62,736 nt of DNA, filler included, from Choristocarpus tenellus KU-1152 (GCA_964200185.2; 11 parts of 11 records of this genome joined end to end with filler, not necessarily neighbours in it); one strand, 5' to 3'; shown: positions 25,054-37,575, counted from the whole stretch's first letter. Translations and numbers: made by a program. Notes: generated from the sequence alone by a model not told the origin.

Positions 25054-26949
25054 AGGAGCTTATGTTACAGCACGCTCCAGAACTCTCCTCCATAGGATGT
25101 GCAACTCGAATCCAGTGATCTTAAGACGACGCTATGGGGATCCACAGATGATGACCACGCATGGTGTCAGTTGATGCTTAACTCAGTTGATGTTTCGCTT
25201 TTCACTTTATCAAAAGAGGGTAAGAATCATAAGGTACTGAGTCATGTGGTCAGCAACTCAACCTTTTATTAACGTCACTCACCGTTTTTCTACATCCAAA
25301 GAGTTAAATTACGTCTGCAAACTGCTGTATAAATACTACAATCATTAATATTTATTCTGCAACCTTTAGGAATTGACGTCTACTCTGTAAGGTTATGCAT
25401 GCATTTCGAATCTTACTCTGCATCTTCTATCAATTCAAAGTTCCTCTTATATGAATTCTTACGTTGTACACTGTTCGTGCATTTTGGCACGCGGAAATAA
25501 ATGCTCGCGCTATTCGCCTGTAACACTTATGTTGAAGTCAAGGTGTTGCATCGAAATGTGGCCTACACACAAAGAGTGAAACCGATTGAGAGGTAGGCAG
25601 GCTTGAGCAATTTTGTATTCTAAGCCATGTTTCTTACACTTTGAAATACACTCTATCTTGTTGCCTCTCATTCTCTCCTGAGGGTGTTCTTGATCACTTG
25701 GTCCCCATTGATAGATGCGTACAACGTGGCCACAACTTGGTGGATTGAGGGAGAGAATAAGACTTACGAGTAGTAACTTTCATACAGAAAATGCTAAGGA
25801 ATCCAATGCAACTAACCACGCCTTCATTGAAGATTTGGTTGAGACGTTACGGTCGATTAACCATAATTTTTTCGGTCGATTTTTCTGTTTTGGCTATATT
25901 TAGCATTTCCGAAAAAAAACAATTGTGTTTAGGCGGGGGATTCTCAACCATTTCAAAATTAAGAAATATTTTGAAGATATTAATGTGGAAACCGAAGTTG
26001 TTGACTTTCGAAGGACATTTTATTTGCTTATTTATGAATCTCGCATTTGAAGAAGTTATTAACAAAACTGTAGCGATACAGACGTATGGGATAGAGGAGT
26101 ATTAGATTCGGAAAGTATACGCCAGCATCGATGTTTTATCTCTACACTAGACTGAGGTAGAAGGGTAAGGGTGGGGCAATGCCTCATCACCCAGCACATG
26201 GAAGTACTGACCCTCTTACTCTTGTATACATACTATATATAACAGGATATAATAAGATTGAATAACACGTATTTTTTATACTACGGAGTACTTGCCTAAC
26301 ATTCAATACTACTAGTGAATTGCTGCTACTTGTGTGGTTATTTACTCCAAACTGATGCCCATGCGTGTCCCAGTACGTATTACCTACAACGAATATATCG
26401 CCAAAGAAAATATACTGTTGTGGCACGATATCTTCACACAAGGATTCTCGAACACCTCCCTGCTCCCTTATCCATTTATAATCTGGAAGGGGAGATGATC
26501 ATAAGTCACCTCTCTATGGCTGATCCCGAGTATTTTTGACCAAGAAGAACCCTTTCACCACCTTCAAAAGACAAGCAGGTTACAGAGTCTCTAGCCCACA
26601 TCCTGGCAATCACAGCACTCTGGTGCTGCCAGTTCTTTGTTTGGCGGTTTGATTGATGGCAAAGGCTGTTGGTTTGCCACAGATTTGTAAGGGATTAAGG
26701 ATTGGAACACTGCACAACCAGAAACAGTCATGACTGAAGTCAGGGATGATACTACGCAGGGAGTGGTTCACACTGATCAAGATTGTTCGGCACAATGTCA
26801 GCCGCCTGGGGAATAATATAGAAGTAGAGACCTTGGTTGGAGACCAGAGTGTGCGTTAGGGAAGACAAGTATAGATCGAGGTTGAAATGAGAAGCTAACT
26901 GGTTGGGCAGGGGGTGGGGTGGACAGGTAGCTGCGAGCTCAAAACCGAT

Positions 26950-27330
26950 GAACCGAATAGACCTACACGCATTTCTCCTCTTGTTATGGAAAGTATCGAG
27001 ATAGGGAAGACATAGGGACATGGGAATTCTGATCCCACTGACTTGGTAAAGCAGTCTGTCATTTAGAGACCAAAAGTCGGACCGCTGGGGGCAGCATGGC
27101 ATCGAGCAAGTCCCAGCGTGCGCCCTGAAGAAGAACGTTACAAATTGGCTTTCCCAACAGCACTTTGTCATCAACAACACTCCGAATCCCCGTCGTATCC
27201 CTGTCCCCAGTAAGGAGTTGTTCAATCCGGATCCAGTCAAGTTTCAGACGTATCGAAGTTTCCCATCACAGGAACAAGAGCCCCTTAGAACATGAAATAC
27301 GAGGGCATGGGGATGCATAATACACACAAT
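26950..27330 (+). mobile_element. Possible degenerate gypsy RT fragment
   Basis: Frameshifted pieces IEQVP / EERYKLAFPT / LFNPDPVKFQ resemble the RT pattern QI..EDRxKTAF.T..PFGL.N.P..FQ. Confidence 0.3.
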
Positions 27331-27509
27331 CTCTCAGTCGCGCAATCTCCACTACATGTGGTGCCTTTTGGGGGGGTTCAGAGTGTTAAGATATCATGGG
27401 TGATGGATTTAGATACGATATTGTTGTACATAGTAAGCCTCCCAAGGTGAGCTACTGTCAACCTTAAACTTTAAGTCAGTATTTGGTAGGTACATACATT
27501 GACAGAGGC

Positions 27510-28859
27510 ATGCACAAAATATTGGTCGTCGGGTCACAGATCATCTTGATCCAAGGTCGGAGTGGCGCGAATCCTCACCCGTTCATTTCTTCCGCTTTTT
27601 TCTTCCCACTGCAAGGGACCAATGCTTCTTTCAAATTCATGCCCCAAAAACACGAATGACCCTCATAAATGTATGTAAAGTCATGCTCCGTTCGAATGGC
27701 CCCTCTCCGTCTTACCAATTTATTGAACAGTGTCCCAGGCCTTCAATGCAGTGTTTTTTTCCAAGGGTATGCCGAGGCCTCTGGCCGCTGCGGCATCAAC
27801 TGCACATGGCATTGCAGGGATAGGACTAGGTATAGGTGTAGGGATTGGATTTGGGTCTCTTCCTCCTACAGTAGGGAAGTGGAGGGATCGTCGCTTGACC
27901 CTGCAAGGTTCGTCGGAGGAATTAGATGGTAATGAGGATGAAAGTGGGTTGGATCAGCATTGGTTCGAGGCGCAGCTGAGCAGGCGCTTCTTTCTTCAGT
28001 CCCTTATATCTGCAGGTATTACGAGCGCATGGGGGTCCGTAGCTGTAGCTGCGCCCGATCGCTCACGAGCTAGAAGGGATCGAAGTCCAATTCTTCTGGG
28101 TGAGGTAAGACTGGGCTTGGAGGAACCCTTCAGTTGCTGCTGGTTTGACGTTCTCGCCCAGACAGGAGTGTGGGGAAGGAGAAATGGTTGGGTGGTCGTC
28201 GCACTAGGAATCAACTACTATTCTCCTTTGTTTGCACGGTAACAACTCCCTCGAAATGTCACCGACATTTGACTGCATCCATCAGGTGGACAAGAGCCCC
28301 AATGATTCGAGGTTGTACAGGGCATTGAGGCTTGCAAATGGCCTGCAGGTGAGATAGCAACTATCAAGCCATCATGCAAACGGCAAATTGAAGTAATGGA
28401 CAATGACTCAACGTATTGGTTGTGCATTGTCTCTTCTGTAAAGTGCACAAGGGATTCATAACTTCGCGTGACTTGACTGTAGACCTTACCATTCGTTGTG
28501 TGCTTGTTGAATTGAGTGGTGTCTCGCAAACTGAATGAATTCGGCATGCGCCTTGAATAGAAGGTGGGTTTCCTAGTCTGCACTCGGAAAATATGTTGTA
28601 CGTCATCACTGATCATTAGCACATTACCACTGTAGTCTAGTGTGCATCCTCTAGAGTTGAAGCCATTGACTAGATGAAAAAATACAAGTAGCTCACCACA
28701 GTTTAATCAAGATGTTAGCACAGTAGAAGCATGTGGTTCTGTGTGTTTGGAAACTAAAGGATCATATGTTCAAGCACTTCGTAATGTGTATATTTGTCAC
28801 CTCGCCTGTTTGGGGTCACCTTTGATTGCAACCACACATGTTATTTTGTCCTGGAGCTT

Positions 28860-28902
<43 letters not shown>

Positions 28903-29846
28903 CCCCTCCCCCCCCCCCCCCCCCCCCCCCCTTTTTCCTTCCTTCCCCCTCTTNNNNNNNNNNATTGCAACCACACATGTTATTTTGTCCTGGAGCTTTC
29001 CCCCCCCCCCCTCCCCTGGCAATCATCCTTGCTATCTCTATCCCTTCACCCCTCGAGGCACACGAATTTCTGTAACATGCCTGCCATGTTCTGAATCAGG
29101 TGCTTTTGGTGTCAGACCCAGATGCCAAGAGTGCTGCTGCAGCAATGGACGTGCATGTTGGCCACTTTTCAGACCCAGGTGAGCCGGTGGAGGTAGTCTC
29201 TCTAGTTCATTTCCCTTCAGCGGGGATGTCCAAGAATCTAGAGTAGAGTAGTTGATCTCCAATGCCCTGCATTTCTATTCTTTTTGACTTCTTCCCTCCT
29301 TCAAGTTTAGTTTGTTCACCATCCCTCCCCTCTTTATCAGCCCGGGCTAGATGATTTAGTGCTCTTCTGTTGATTTCGTTCTGAGAATAATTTCTCTGGT
29401 TAATGGCAGAGATATACATACCTCTTGTTTAATGCAACCGTGTTGTACTGTACTAACTGTTTGGTGTGTTCGTCTTGCATTAGGTATACCAACGCATGAA
29501 CTATTTCTTACTGAAGACACAGACACACACACACAGACACACACAGACACAACATACATGTTAGTTCTATCACTCCAGGCTTATCAGGATTAATATATCC
29601 TTGCATCACATTTGGTCCCTTAACACAAAGTCTTCCACCTTCTTCTATACCTTCAACTGGTTGCAAAAAATATTCTATCTGAGGCAAAAGTCTTCCACAT
29701 GCTTGCACACACTTCGTACTTGAGATTTTTTTTCTTTTTTTCTAAACACTTGGAGAAATCCTCTTGGCAGATGGACTTCCGGGGCTGGCCCACTTCTGTG
29801 AGCACCTTCTGTTCCTGGGGACGGACAAATACCCCGATGAAACCAG
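27510..29846 (+). CDS. Insulinase/pitrilysin-like M16A zinc metallopeptidase with plastid and twin-arginine presequence, 5' exons only
   Basis: Exons 27510-27555, 27731-28104, 28286-28348, 29100-29178, 29771-29846 (GT-AG, phases 1,0,0,1,2). Translation MHKILVVGSQIILIQVSQA-F...LSRRFFLQSLISAGITSAWGSVAVA-APD...[71 protein letters not shown]: classic IDE N-terminus with the HxxEH zinc motif. The gene presumably continues beyond the contig. Confidence 0.92.
29561..29696 (-). pseudogene. Bacterial aas-like (acyl-ACP synthetase / AMP-binding) gene fragment inserted in an intron
   Basis: Encodes GRLLPQIEYFLQPVEGIEEGGRLCVKGPNVMQGYINPDKPGVIE, typical of the proteobacterial Aas adenylation domain. 37 of 45 codons end in A/T. 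Flanked by ACATG at 29556-29560 and 29697-29701. Confidence 0.75.
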
Positions 29847-30636
29847 GTGACGCAAATACCCCGATAATACCTTTTTTTGTTGCATTTTTTTTTTTTGTGC
29901 AGGCAAACAGACAGTACTTGCAACGCTCCTAACCTAAACCTCTACCCTTTTTCATGTGGCACTTTTTACTGAGAAATCTATGCGTGCGGCATAGAGAGCA
30001 CATGAAATTCTTATGAACCTGCTCCCGTTCTGTCTACACTTGCTAACAATCGATTTCGGTTGGCTATGAGGTTGGCTATCCGTATGGAGCGGTTGGTTTT
30101 GCGTTGGTCATGGTCAGGTGGTGATAACGGAGTAGAGCACAGATCAAAACAGAGAGCACAGTGGTTGTGTGCCTTTGAAGCCACTCTTGTCTGATGCACT
30201 GCCCGTAGTGTCCAACAGCGTGCTTGCAGATTATACTCAAATGGGAGTTGCACGCCCTCATGCGTGATTTGGGTGTGGAAAGTGGGAATCCTTGTCGTTA
30301 ACAGTAGTGTCACATACGTCACAAGTGAAAAAAAACGCCTCTGTATTTGTGATAGTAACGCCTCCATAATGGATGTGATATTTAACGGTTTTTTCTCAAC
30401 TCCTGTGTCGATTTGAAATTGGCTTTTTTGTTTTTGTTTTTGTTTGAGACTGCTGCTGTGAGATGGGGGATAGGGCCACTAAATAAATGACTCCGTATTG
30501 AGAAAAAAAAGGTGGGGCGGGGCGGGGGGGGGGGGGNNNNNNNNNNNNNNNNNNNNNNNNNNNNNNNNNNNNNNNNNNNNTTAATTAATTAANNNNNNNN
30601 NNNNNNNNNNNNNNNNNNNNNNNNNNNNNNNNNNNN

Positions 30637-30915
30637 CACAAGGCATGGCTTCCACTTTATTCCCCTACCAGTAACGTACTGTACTGCTGTACGGTAGCAA
30701 GACCCAGGAAGACAGGCACTTTTCGCGAGAATTTTTACGCGCGCGCCACGCGCCAAAATCGCGAAAATATATCTGGGAGTTTGTGCCAAACCGCCCGAAT
30801 ACGAGAATTCCGGTACAAAACCCTTTTTTTTGAGCATGTCGAAAAAAAGCAGTACAAAGTTGCATATTTTTCGATTTGGTTCATAATATTTGGCCCAAAA
30901 TAGGGGCACCTACTG
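30637..30915. mobile_element. Terminus of a Tc1/mariner-pogo-type DNA transposon
   Basis: Homologous to 58704-58955. In both copies similarity ends at TACTG followed by TA (a CAGTA terminus plus TA target). Both copies begin at contig breaks. Confidence 0.65.
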
Positions 30916-31037
30916 TACATACATTTACCATCACATTTCAACAGCCCTAGCACGTTCGTCATCAACACATACACACACACAAACACACACAAAAAACACA
31001 CACACAAAAAAACACAACAGGAAAGCTGGAGACGAAC

Positions 31038-32575
31038 ATGGCCCAAGATGACATCCCAATTCTGCGCAGAAGCTCACGTCAGAGAAAAGATTCCTGGAAA
31101 GTGTCGAGAAAGATCGTAAAAGAAAGAGTCAAAAGCTCCAACCTCATGGCATCGACATGCGTGCACTAATGCACTAAGTGTTGTGGCCCTTTCGGGGAAA
31201 CTGGACATATCGGAGATACTTGTCCTACAACAGACATGCCTGTGCCTGTGCTGGTGTGGCCGGGGAAGCCCAGACTTGTAGAATAATTGTCTGCCATGCC
31301 ACCCCAACTTCCTTGTGGGCAAGGGGGACATCAAGGGTTGGATTTCGCAGGAGAGCTAAACTAATTCCGCGTCCGCGCGTCAAAAGTATAACGTGGGGGT
31401 TGTCGCTTGGAGAGCTTGGGATGGGTTGGGCGTTTCCTGAATTGAAGCGTTTGATATTTGCTTCAACGTTCAATGAAGCCTTCCCTCGGCCTGGTGTGGT
31501 GTCTGGGCGCTTACGCGGTTGTAGTGGCCATGAAAAGCATGGTGCAAGGGACTTTTTTCGTGTGTCTTGGCCGTCCGGGCTCGAACTCCTGATGTTTGGC
31601 GATAGCTTTAACAGACGGGTGGATGGACTGGAGTGGCCGGAGGACCTGAAATGCTTGGTGTTTGGGGCAGCCTTCAATCAGCCTATCGATGAGGTAATGT
31701 GGCCGGTAAGACTATAGTCACTAGCCTTTGGGAGTAGCTTCAATCAGCGCGTGGACAGGACTAAGCTTCCAGAGAGCCTCCAGATTATTCGTTTTGGACG
31801 TGCAAATCCCCAGTGGGGAGACAGGGTGTCGGAACATAAGGATTTGCGTTGTTTGAACCAGTCATTGATGTGGGTGGACTGGCCCATGCGTCTGCGTACC
31901 CTGAACTTGAATATATCCTTCAACCAGCCTTTGACCAGGATGAGGTGCCCGTTTGAGCTAAGGGAGTTATGGCTTGGGGATCTTTTCAACCAGTCCTTAC
32001 TAGGGGTGGATTGGCCAGAGGGTTTGAAAAGGTTGAGATTGGGGTACAGTTTCAATCAGCCGATAGACAGGGTGATGTGGCCGAAGACCCTTAAATTGCT
32101 GGAGTTTGGTCGGCTCTTTAATCACCCACTGGTTGGTGTGGCTTGACCTCGGTGTCTATCTACAATAATCTTTGGGAATGACTTCAACCAGCCTGTGGAA
32201 GATGTTACGTGGCCAGAGGGGTTATTATTTCTCTCATTTGGGCCTTCCTTCAGTATGTCACTGGGTAGGGCGGTGTGGCCGAAAAGATTGAAATTTCTCT
32301 CGTTCCAGGGTGATTTTAGCCAGGCATTGGATATAGCATGGCCAGAGAATCTGAAGGGAGTGCAAATTCTTGAATCGTTCAAGTACCCCATTGAAAAGGT
32401 GAAGTGGCCAAAGACGATAGTGTTCTTGGCTTTCAGAGGTTCGCTCAGCCAGCCTGTGGAAAACGTGGTCTGACCATCAACCCTGATACATGTTATGGTC
32501 AACAGTCATTGGGTGAGTCAAAGGAGGCTGAGCATTGCATGTCTGGGCTTAGTAGTTTCTACCTTTGTGCGTTGA
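31038..32575 (+). pseudogene. Intronless FNIP-repeat (22-aa LRR-like) gene with in-frame stops and 5' frameshifts
   Basis: About 14 repeats of the form VxWPxxLxxLxFGxxFNQPx in one continuous frame (ORFs at 31178, 31751 and 32195 share a frame), interrupted by TAG 31715-31717, TGA 32144-32146 and TGA 32471-32473. The putative N-terminal segment ACTNALSVVALSGKLDISEILVLQQTC is in a different frame. Confidence 0.85.
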
Positions 32576-33624
32576 AATCAAATGAGAACACCCTGAGGGT
32601 TGTAGATAACTGTAACGTATCTGCTGCTGGTCTAGTGCACTCCTTGTACAAATGTAGCCATCGAAGGGGTTGGCATGAGTGCTTATTATTTGACTGTGCT
32701 GAAGGTGTTAGCTACCTGTAAGGTGTAGCAACAGATCTGCCTTGTGGATTTCTGCTTTTTCTTCCTTCTCCTTTCTGTCTCAAGGCATGTGCATCACATG
32801 GTGGGTTGGTCGTTTGTGTTAGAGTGTTAGTTGATTTCCTTTGCAGCAACAGACTTCCTGTGTTGTGAGATAGAGCGTGCATGGCTTTGGTGTGAGGCCA
32901 GGTCTTGGACTAGGAGGAAGAGGCGACGGAATGGAATCGTTTTTTGCTTGAAGGCTGTAATTAGCTGCAATAGAGCTGAGCAGTGTTATTTTTCTATTAT
33001 TGGTAGTTTGTCTATGCCTGAGGAAGAAAGTGAGCTGGAGGGGGAGGAAGGGTAGTGAAGAGGTGGTGACTGTCTACTCAACACTACCAGTGGTGGTGGA
33101 TGGCACTGTCTCTGTACATTGTTTGTGGTTCATGATGGTGTGGTGTGTTTGTGTTGAATCGAGTGGATTGGCTGCTAAGCAAAGATTCCACACTGTGGAC
33201 GAGGGGTCAATTGGTTGCTGCACATGACTGCACAATGACATTTTTCTTGGGAAGTACTTGATGAAACAAGTGGCGTGCATTTTGAAGTGGTAAAAAAGTC
33301 GTGAAGCTGTATTGAGGTAATAGACGTAACAAAAGGGAGAGTCACAGCAGTCAAAGTAAGAGGGCGTCTTCGTTTGGATCGCCTGTGCTGATGCCCAACA
33401 GAACATCCCACTCCATTCTTTGTTCTTGATTGATGCTCATGCACCTGAATGTTTGTATGGTTGGTGTACTGGAGCTGTTGCCATCCTTGTATGGGGTACA
33501 TAGCACTTAACCAGTAGTATTATTGTGCAGCTATTTATTTGGACTACTTCAATCATGCTCTTTTCTTCTTTATTTTTCTAATTGATGCTCCTCTCTCTCT
33601 CAATATGATCTAATCCTTGGACCA

Positions 33625-33887
33625 GAGCCAAACCGATCGAGAGGTAGGCAGGCAGGTTTGGACCCTTTTGCAATCTAAGCCATATTTCATTCCCCGGTCA
33701 GTATACCCTTCTTCATTGCTTCATGTACACAATAGTGTAGATAAGCTCGATACTCTCCTTTTCCACATACAAATTGACACCACAATTCAGTGAAGATTCT
33801 TTCAGCAATTGCACAAAATGGAATATTATGGCCCTACCTCGGCATCCTTGAAATGCAACCCTGCCTACCTCTCAGTTGTTGTGACTT
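33625..33887. mobile_element. MITE family D (263 bp)
   Basis: GAGCCAAACCGATCGAGAGGTAGGCAGG...CCTGCCTACCTCTCAG, colinear with 6064-6322. Confidence 0.75.
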
Positions 33888-34326
33888 GCCTGCAAAATAG
33901 AAGTAGGTACCAGGTGTCCCTGAACACCTTTCATGATAGAGAACTCAGGCAGAACATGTGTGTATTCGATTGTAGCAACAGCTAACTAAAAAAAAACAGT
34001 TTTTTGCATCATCTCCAACAAGGACAATTTTAGGTACACGCATAACCTTTTTTTAGAGTTGATGTATACCTCCTAATGTCATTGAAGGCGGGCCTATGGA
34101 AACTGGGTTGAAGCTGCCCCTTGATTGCCAAAAAATTGTAGAGTACACCCTGCTCGCCTACATAGGATTGCCTTGACTTGGTAACTGGGTTAGACACGTA
34201 GCCTTGAAGCATAGGAGTGTGATAATGAGATTGGAGGAGTAGGTTTGAAAGACCAGTGATATCATGGGGATGGTGGAGGCTGCCATTGCTGGTTGATGAG
34301 TTGATGTTATTATTATTATCATTATT

Positions 34327-34597
34327 GAGTCAACGTAAATGAGAGGTACTCAGAGTTAAATTTTAAGGATGTTGACAAACATGTGCATGGAAAAATTTCA
34401 GTCTTTTTTTGCAAATTTATACAGGAATATTTTCTGAATTGTGTCCAAAAGTCTCAAAAAATAGAAACAACTGCTCTCAAGTCAAACTTAGCACTTCATT
34501 CATAGAAATAAAAATACAGGTGAATTGCAAGAGATTGAAAAACTGGCTCTAAATGTAAAACAATCAAAACCAGGGTACCTCTCTTTTACTTCGACTC
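34327..34597. mobile_element. MITE family C (271 bp)
   Basis: TIRs GAGTCAACGTAAATGAGAGGTAC / GTACCTCTCTTTTACTTCGACTC, TSD ATT inside an (ATT)n tract. Confidence 0.8.
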
Positions 34598-35593
34598 ATT
34601 ATTATTTTTTTTTATCTTTTTTGAAGTCACAACGTGTGGCCATGTACCAAGAGACGGATCGACTGAGATGGGGTGTCAGTGAGAAGGCGGAAGTATGAAA
34701 TCATCGACCAATCAGCAGCGATGCTTCTTCCCCCCTCCTTGAAACATGAAATGCTGCTTCTATCTCAAGTCTGGTGATATAATGATACATATTCATAGAT
34801 ACATATATACACATATATACATATACACACATGCATGTATATACGTTTTTTTGCAACAAAGGTTTGGCCTTAGCATCAGTCTATCTACAAGTTAACATGT
34901 CCTTTTCACCTTGTCTACATTTACTTTATAAGATGATAGTACCTTTACTGCATAACAGAAGCATTACAAGACGCTCTGGGATAGAGCAATTTTGTTAAGT
35001 TTCACTCTAGCACTGTTCACAATTATGACTGAGGCTGTGCATATCACTCTCTTCAGTGTGCTGTAACTGATATGTTCACATCACAGATCGCTAGAAAATT
35101 CCAATCACTAGTATAAATTACTGGAGCAGTAGAGTAACACGTCTGTGAAAATGTACCCCCAGCCTTGCCATAGCATGTTGTTTGAAAGCGTTACAATATT
35201 ACCAATTTGGTATATTTTTTCTTATTACGCTACTAAGGTCGGGTGGATACATCAACTAAAACTGTGTGTTCGAGGGTACCATGAACTGGCTCTTTTGCAC
35301 AGTTGCCAATAGACTAAATCAACCAAAACAAGCAGCCCCTTCACTTACTGACCTCCACCTGCTGGTTGACCAAAGTGAACCCTGGCCCCCTGTGTGCATG
35401 TGTTGCTGTTATTGCCTATTTTAGCTAAAGTGTTCCACACATGGAAGGCATATCAGGGGAAGAGCACATGCGCTTGTTGGACTCAATACACAGCCCGAAA
35501 GTTTCCTCCTCTATTTCACAAAATACAGCCAACAATGGTCCCCACCAAAAACAATTGTGACTGAACATGTTCAAAATGTTACTGCTTCTTCAC

Positions 35594-35865
35594 ACATGTA
35601 ACCAATAACATGTAACCAATAACAAGCAAACAATAACATGCAACCAATAACAAGTTTCCAGTAACATGCAACCAAGAACAAGTAACCAGTAACAAGTAAC
35701 CAATAACATGTAACCAATAACAAGTATCCAATAACAAGTAACCAGTAACATGTAACCAATAACATGTATCCAATAACATGTAACCAGTAACATGTAACCA
35801 ATAACATGTAACCAATAATATATATCCAATAACAAGTAACCAGTAACATGTAACCAGTAACATGT
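35594..35865. repeat. 14-bp minisatellite (ACATGTAACCAATA), about 19 copies
   Basis: Directly visible, built from two 7-bp subunits. Confidence 0.95.
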
Positions 35866-37575
35866 CAAGTCCCCCATTCGGCGTAGGATCTTCCCAAAGT
35901 ACAAGCATACCTACCACATCAACCAATGCACACACCTGCAGACTCCCTTATGAGTCATGAGTGACTGCAAGTAGACAGAAGGAACCAGCAGTAAAATGCT
36001 GCAGGTAAGACCTGAGGCAAACCATTTCTTCATGGGTGGGGGATACCATTTTTCCTGCACTTAGCCAACGCTTGAGGCCCAGAAACGAACATATCTATAT
36101 ATATATCTGTATCTATATTGGGTATATGTATGCGCTCTGAGAGGATTCGAGTTTGCACCACCAACAACATAACAATAATTTCTTGCTCGATAGAAGGAGG
36201 ATCAACAAACACACATGCTTGTATCCCCATCTCAATTGAGAAACATTACTTCTAACCCTAACCCTAAGGTCTCAATTTCAGTGCCGAAAATGAGGGCAAT
36301 AGCTATCAACAAGACTTCTGGAGGGTGACAAAGTGACATCAAAGGGTGACAAAGTGACTAAAATCGTGGCGACATCAAATGAGAGTTTTCCACACAAACG
36401 GAATACACCGTGCCGACGTTTTTTATTTTATTTTTCCAAGTGTAAGTATATACTATGTACTATATACTCCCTCCTGTATAGTACACTAGAATGGAAACGG
36501 GACAGTTAGAGGGTCCCAAACTTTTTTTTTTCTTTCAAATATTGATGTCATTCGATAGACACATTGTTGTACAGGCAAGGTGGGCTACAAAGGTAGTTTG
36601 ATAATTATTTTTTACAGCATACATACATAACGCACTCAGAGTAGAGCACACGACAGCAGGGTAGTTTACTAGTCATTGTAGACCTTCAAAAAAAAAATTG
36701 GTGGTGTCCCACCCCATCAAAGTATCGCCTGTCAAGCAAAGAGTACCCCCCCCCCCCCCCCCCCCCCACACCCATACCCTCCACCACCCAANNNNNNNNN
36801 NNNNNNNNNNNNNNNNNNNNNNNNNNNNNNNNNNNTTAATTAATTAANNNNNNNNNNNNNNNNNNNNNNNNNNNNNNNNNNNNNNNNNNNNGTGTGGGAT
36901 TTGAAATGTCAGCAAAAAAAAGAGTTGTTTGACCGAAACGGACGCCCCCTCACAAACCACCCCCCTGGTTGTGGATGGTAGGTAAAAGAGGTCATCCATT
37001 CATATACTCAGTTCCATCATGGATGGACTATCATTGGGTGTGGGGGGGTTGTCAAGAGAGATTGGGATAGTCTTGTGCTCTCTTGTAGAGATATTGGTTC
37101 ACTTTGGCCTTCTCATACATATATGTCAGACTCTTGGATGATTGTACACGTCTTGTTTGGATGACAGTTAGAATTATCAACAGTTTCCTTACTACTTGGG
37201 GGAAAGCTGCACCCACCCTCATGTTTTTGCAGTTTTTGGAGCACAGGGGGAAGGTCAAAATTCCATTGATATCAGAAGAGCATCACACAGCACATTTTTT
37301 TTTTTCCAGAAATTCTTACCTTGTCATTTTAAGGTACCAATATTTTGTTGTTTTAAGGTACTGATCCAAGTATGAGCAAGGGACGTGCAGCTGCTGTGAA
37401 GATTTGCTACCTTTTTTTGTTTTTGTAAAGTGTTTTTGACATAACCTGATTGTGTTCATTACTTTTTTCATCATCTTCATAGTAGGACTCTTGGTGTATG
37501 GCTTTACTATCTTAAGGGCTTGCTCGAAGAGAGACTATTGGGCAGTGGCAAAATGGCCAGATTGCTGCTATTGAA

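Noticed and set aside
28825-29015. Duplication of about 45 bp either side of a 10-N gap
   Set aside because: Most likely overlapping contig ends around a poly-C tract rather than a real duplication.
32144-32473. Genome-wide TGA=Trp reassignment
   Set aside because: PRP4K uses TGG for conserved Trp and ends in TGA; most FNIP Trp codons are TGG.
35571-35935. Three overlapping Cys/Tyr/Trp-rich ORFs
   Set aside because: Translations of a 14-bp minisatellite that lacks stops on that strand.
30637-36791. Endogenous giant-virus segment suggested by the FNIP gene
   Set aside because: No viral core genes or gene-dense intronless cluster; the flanks carry host-type repeats.
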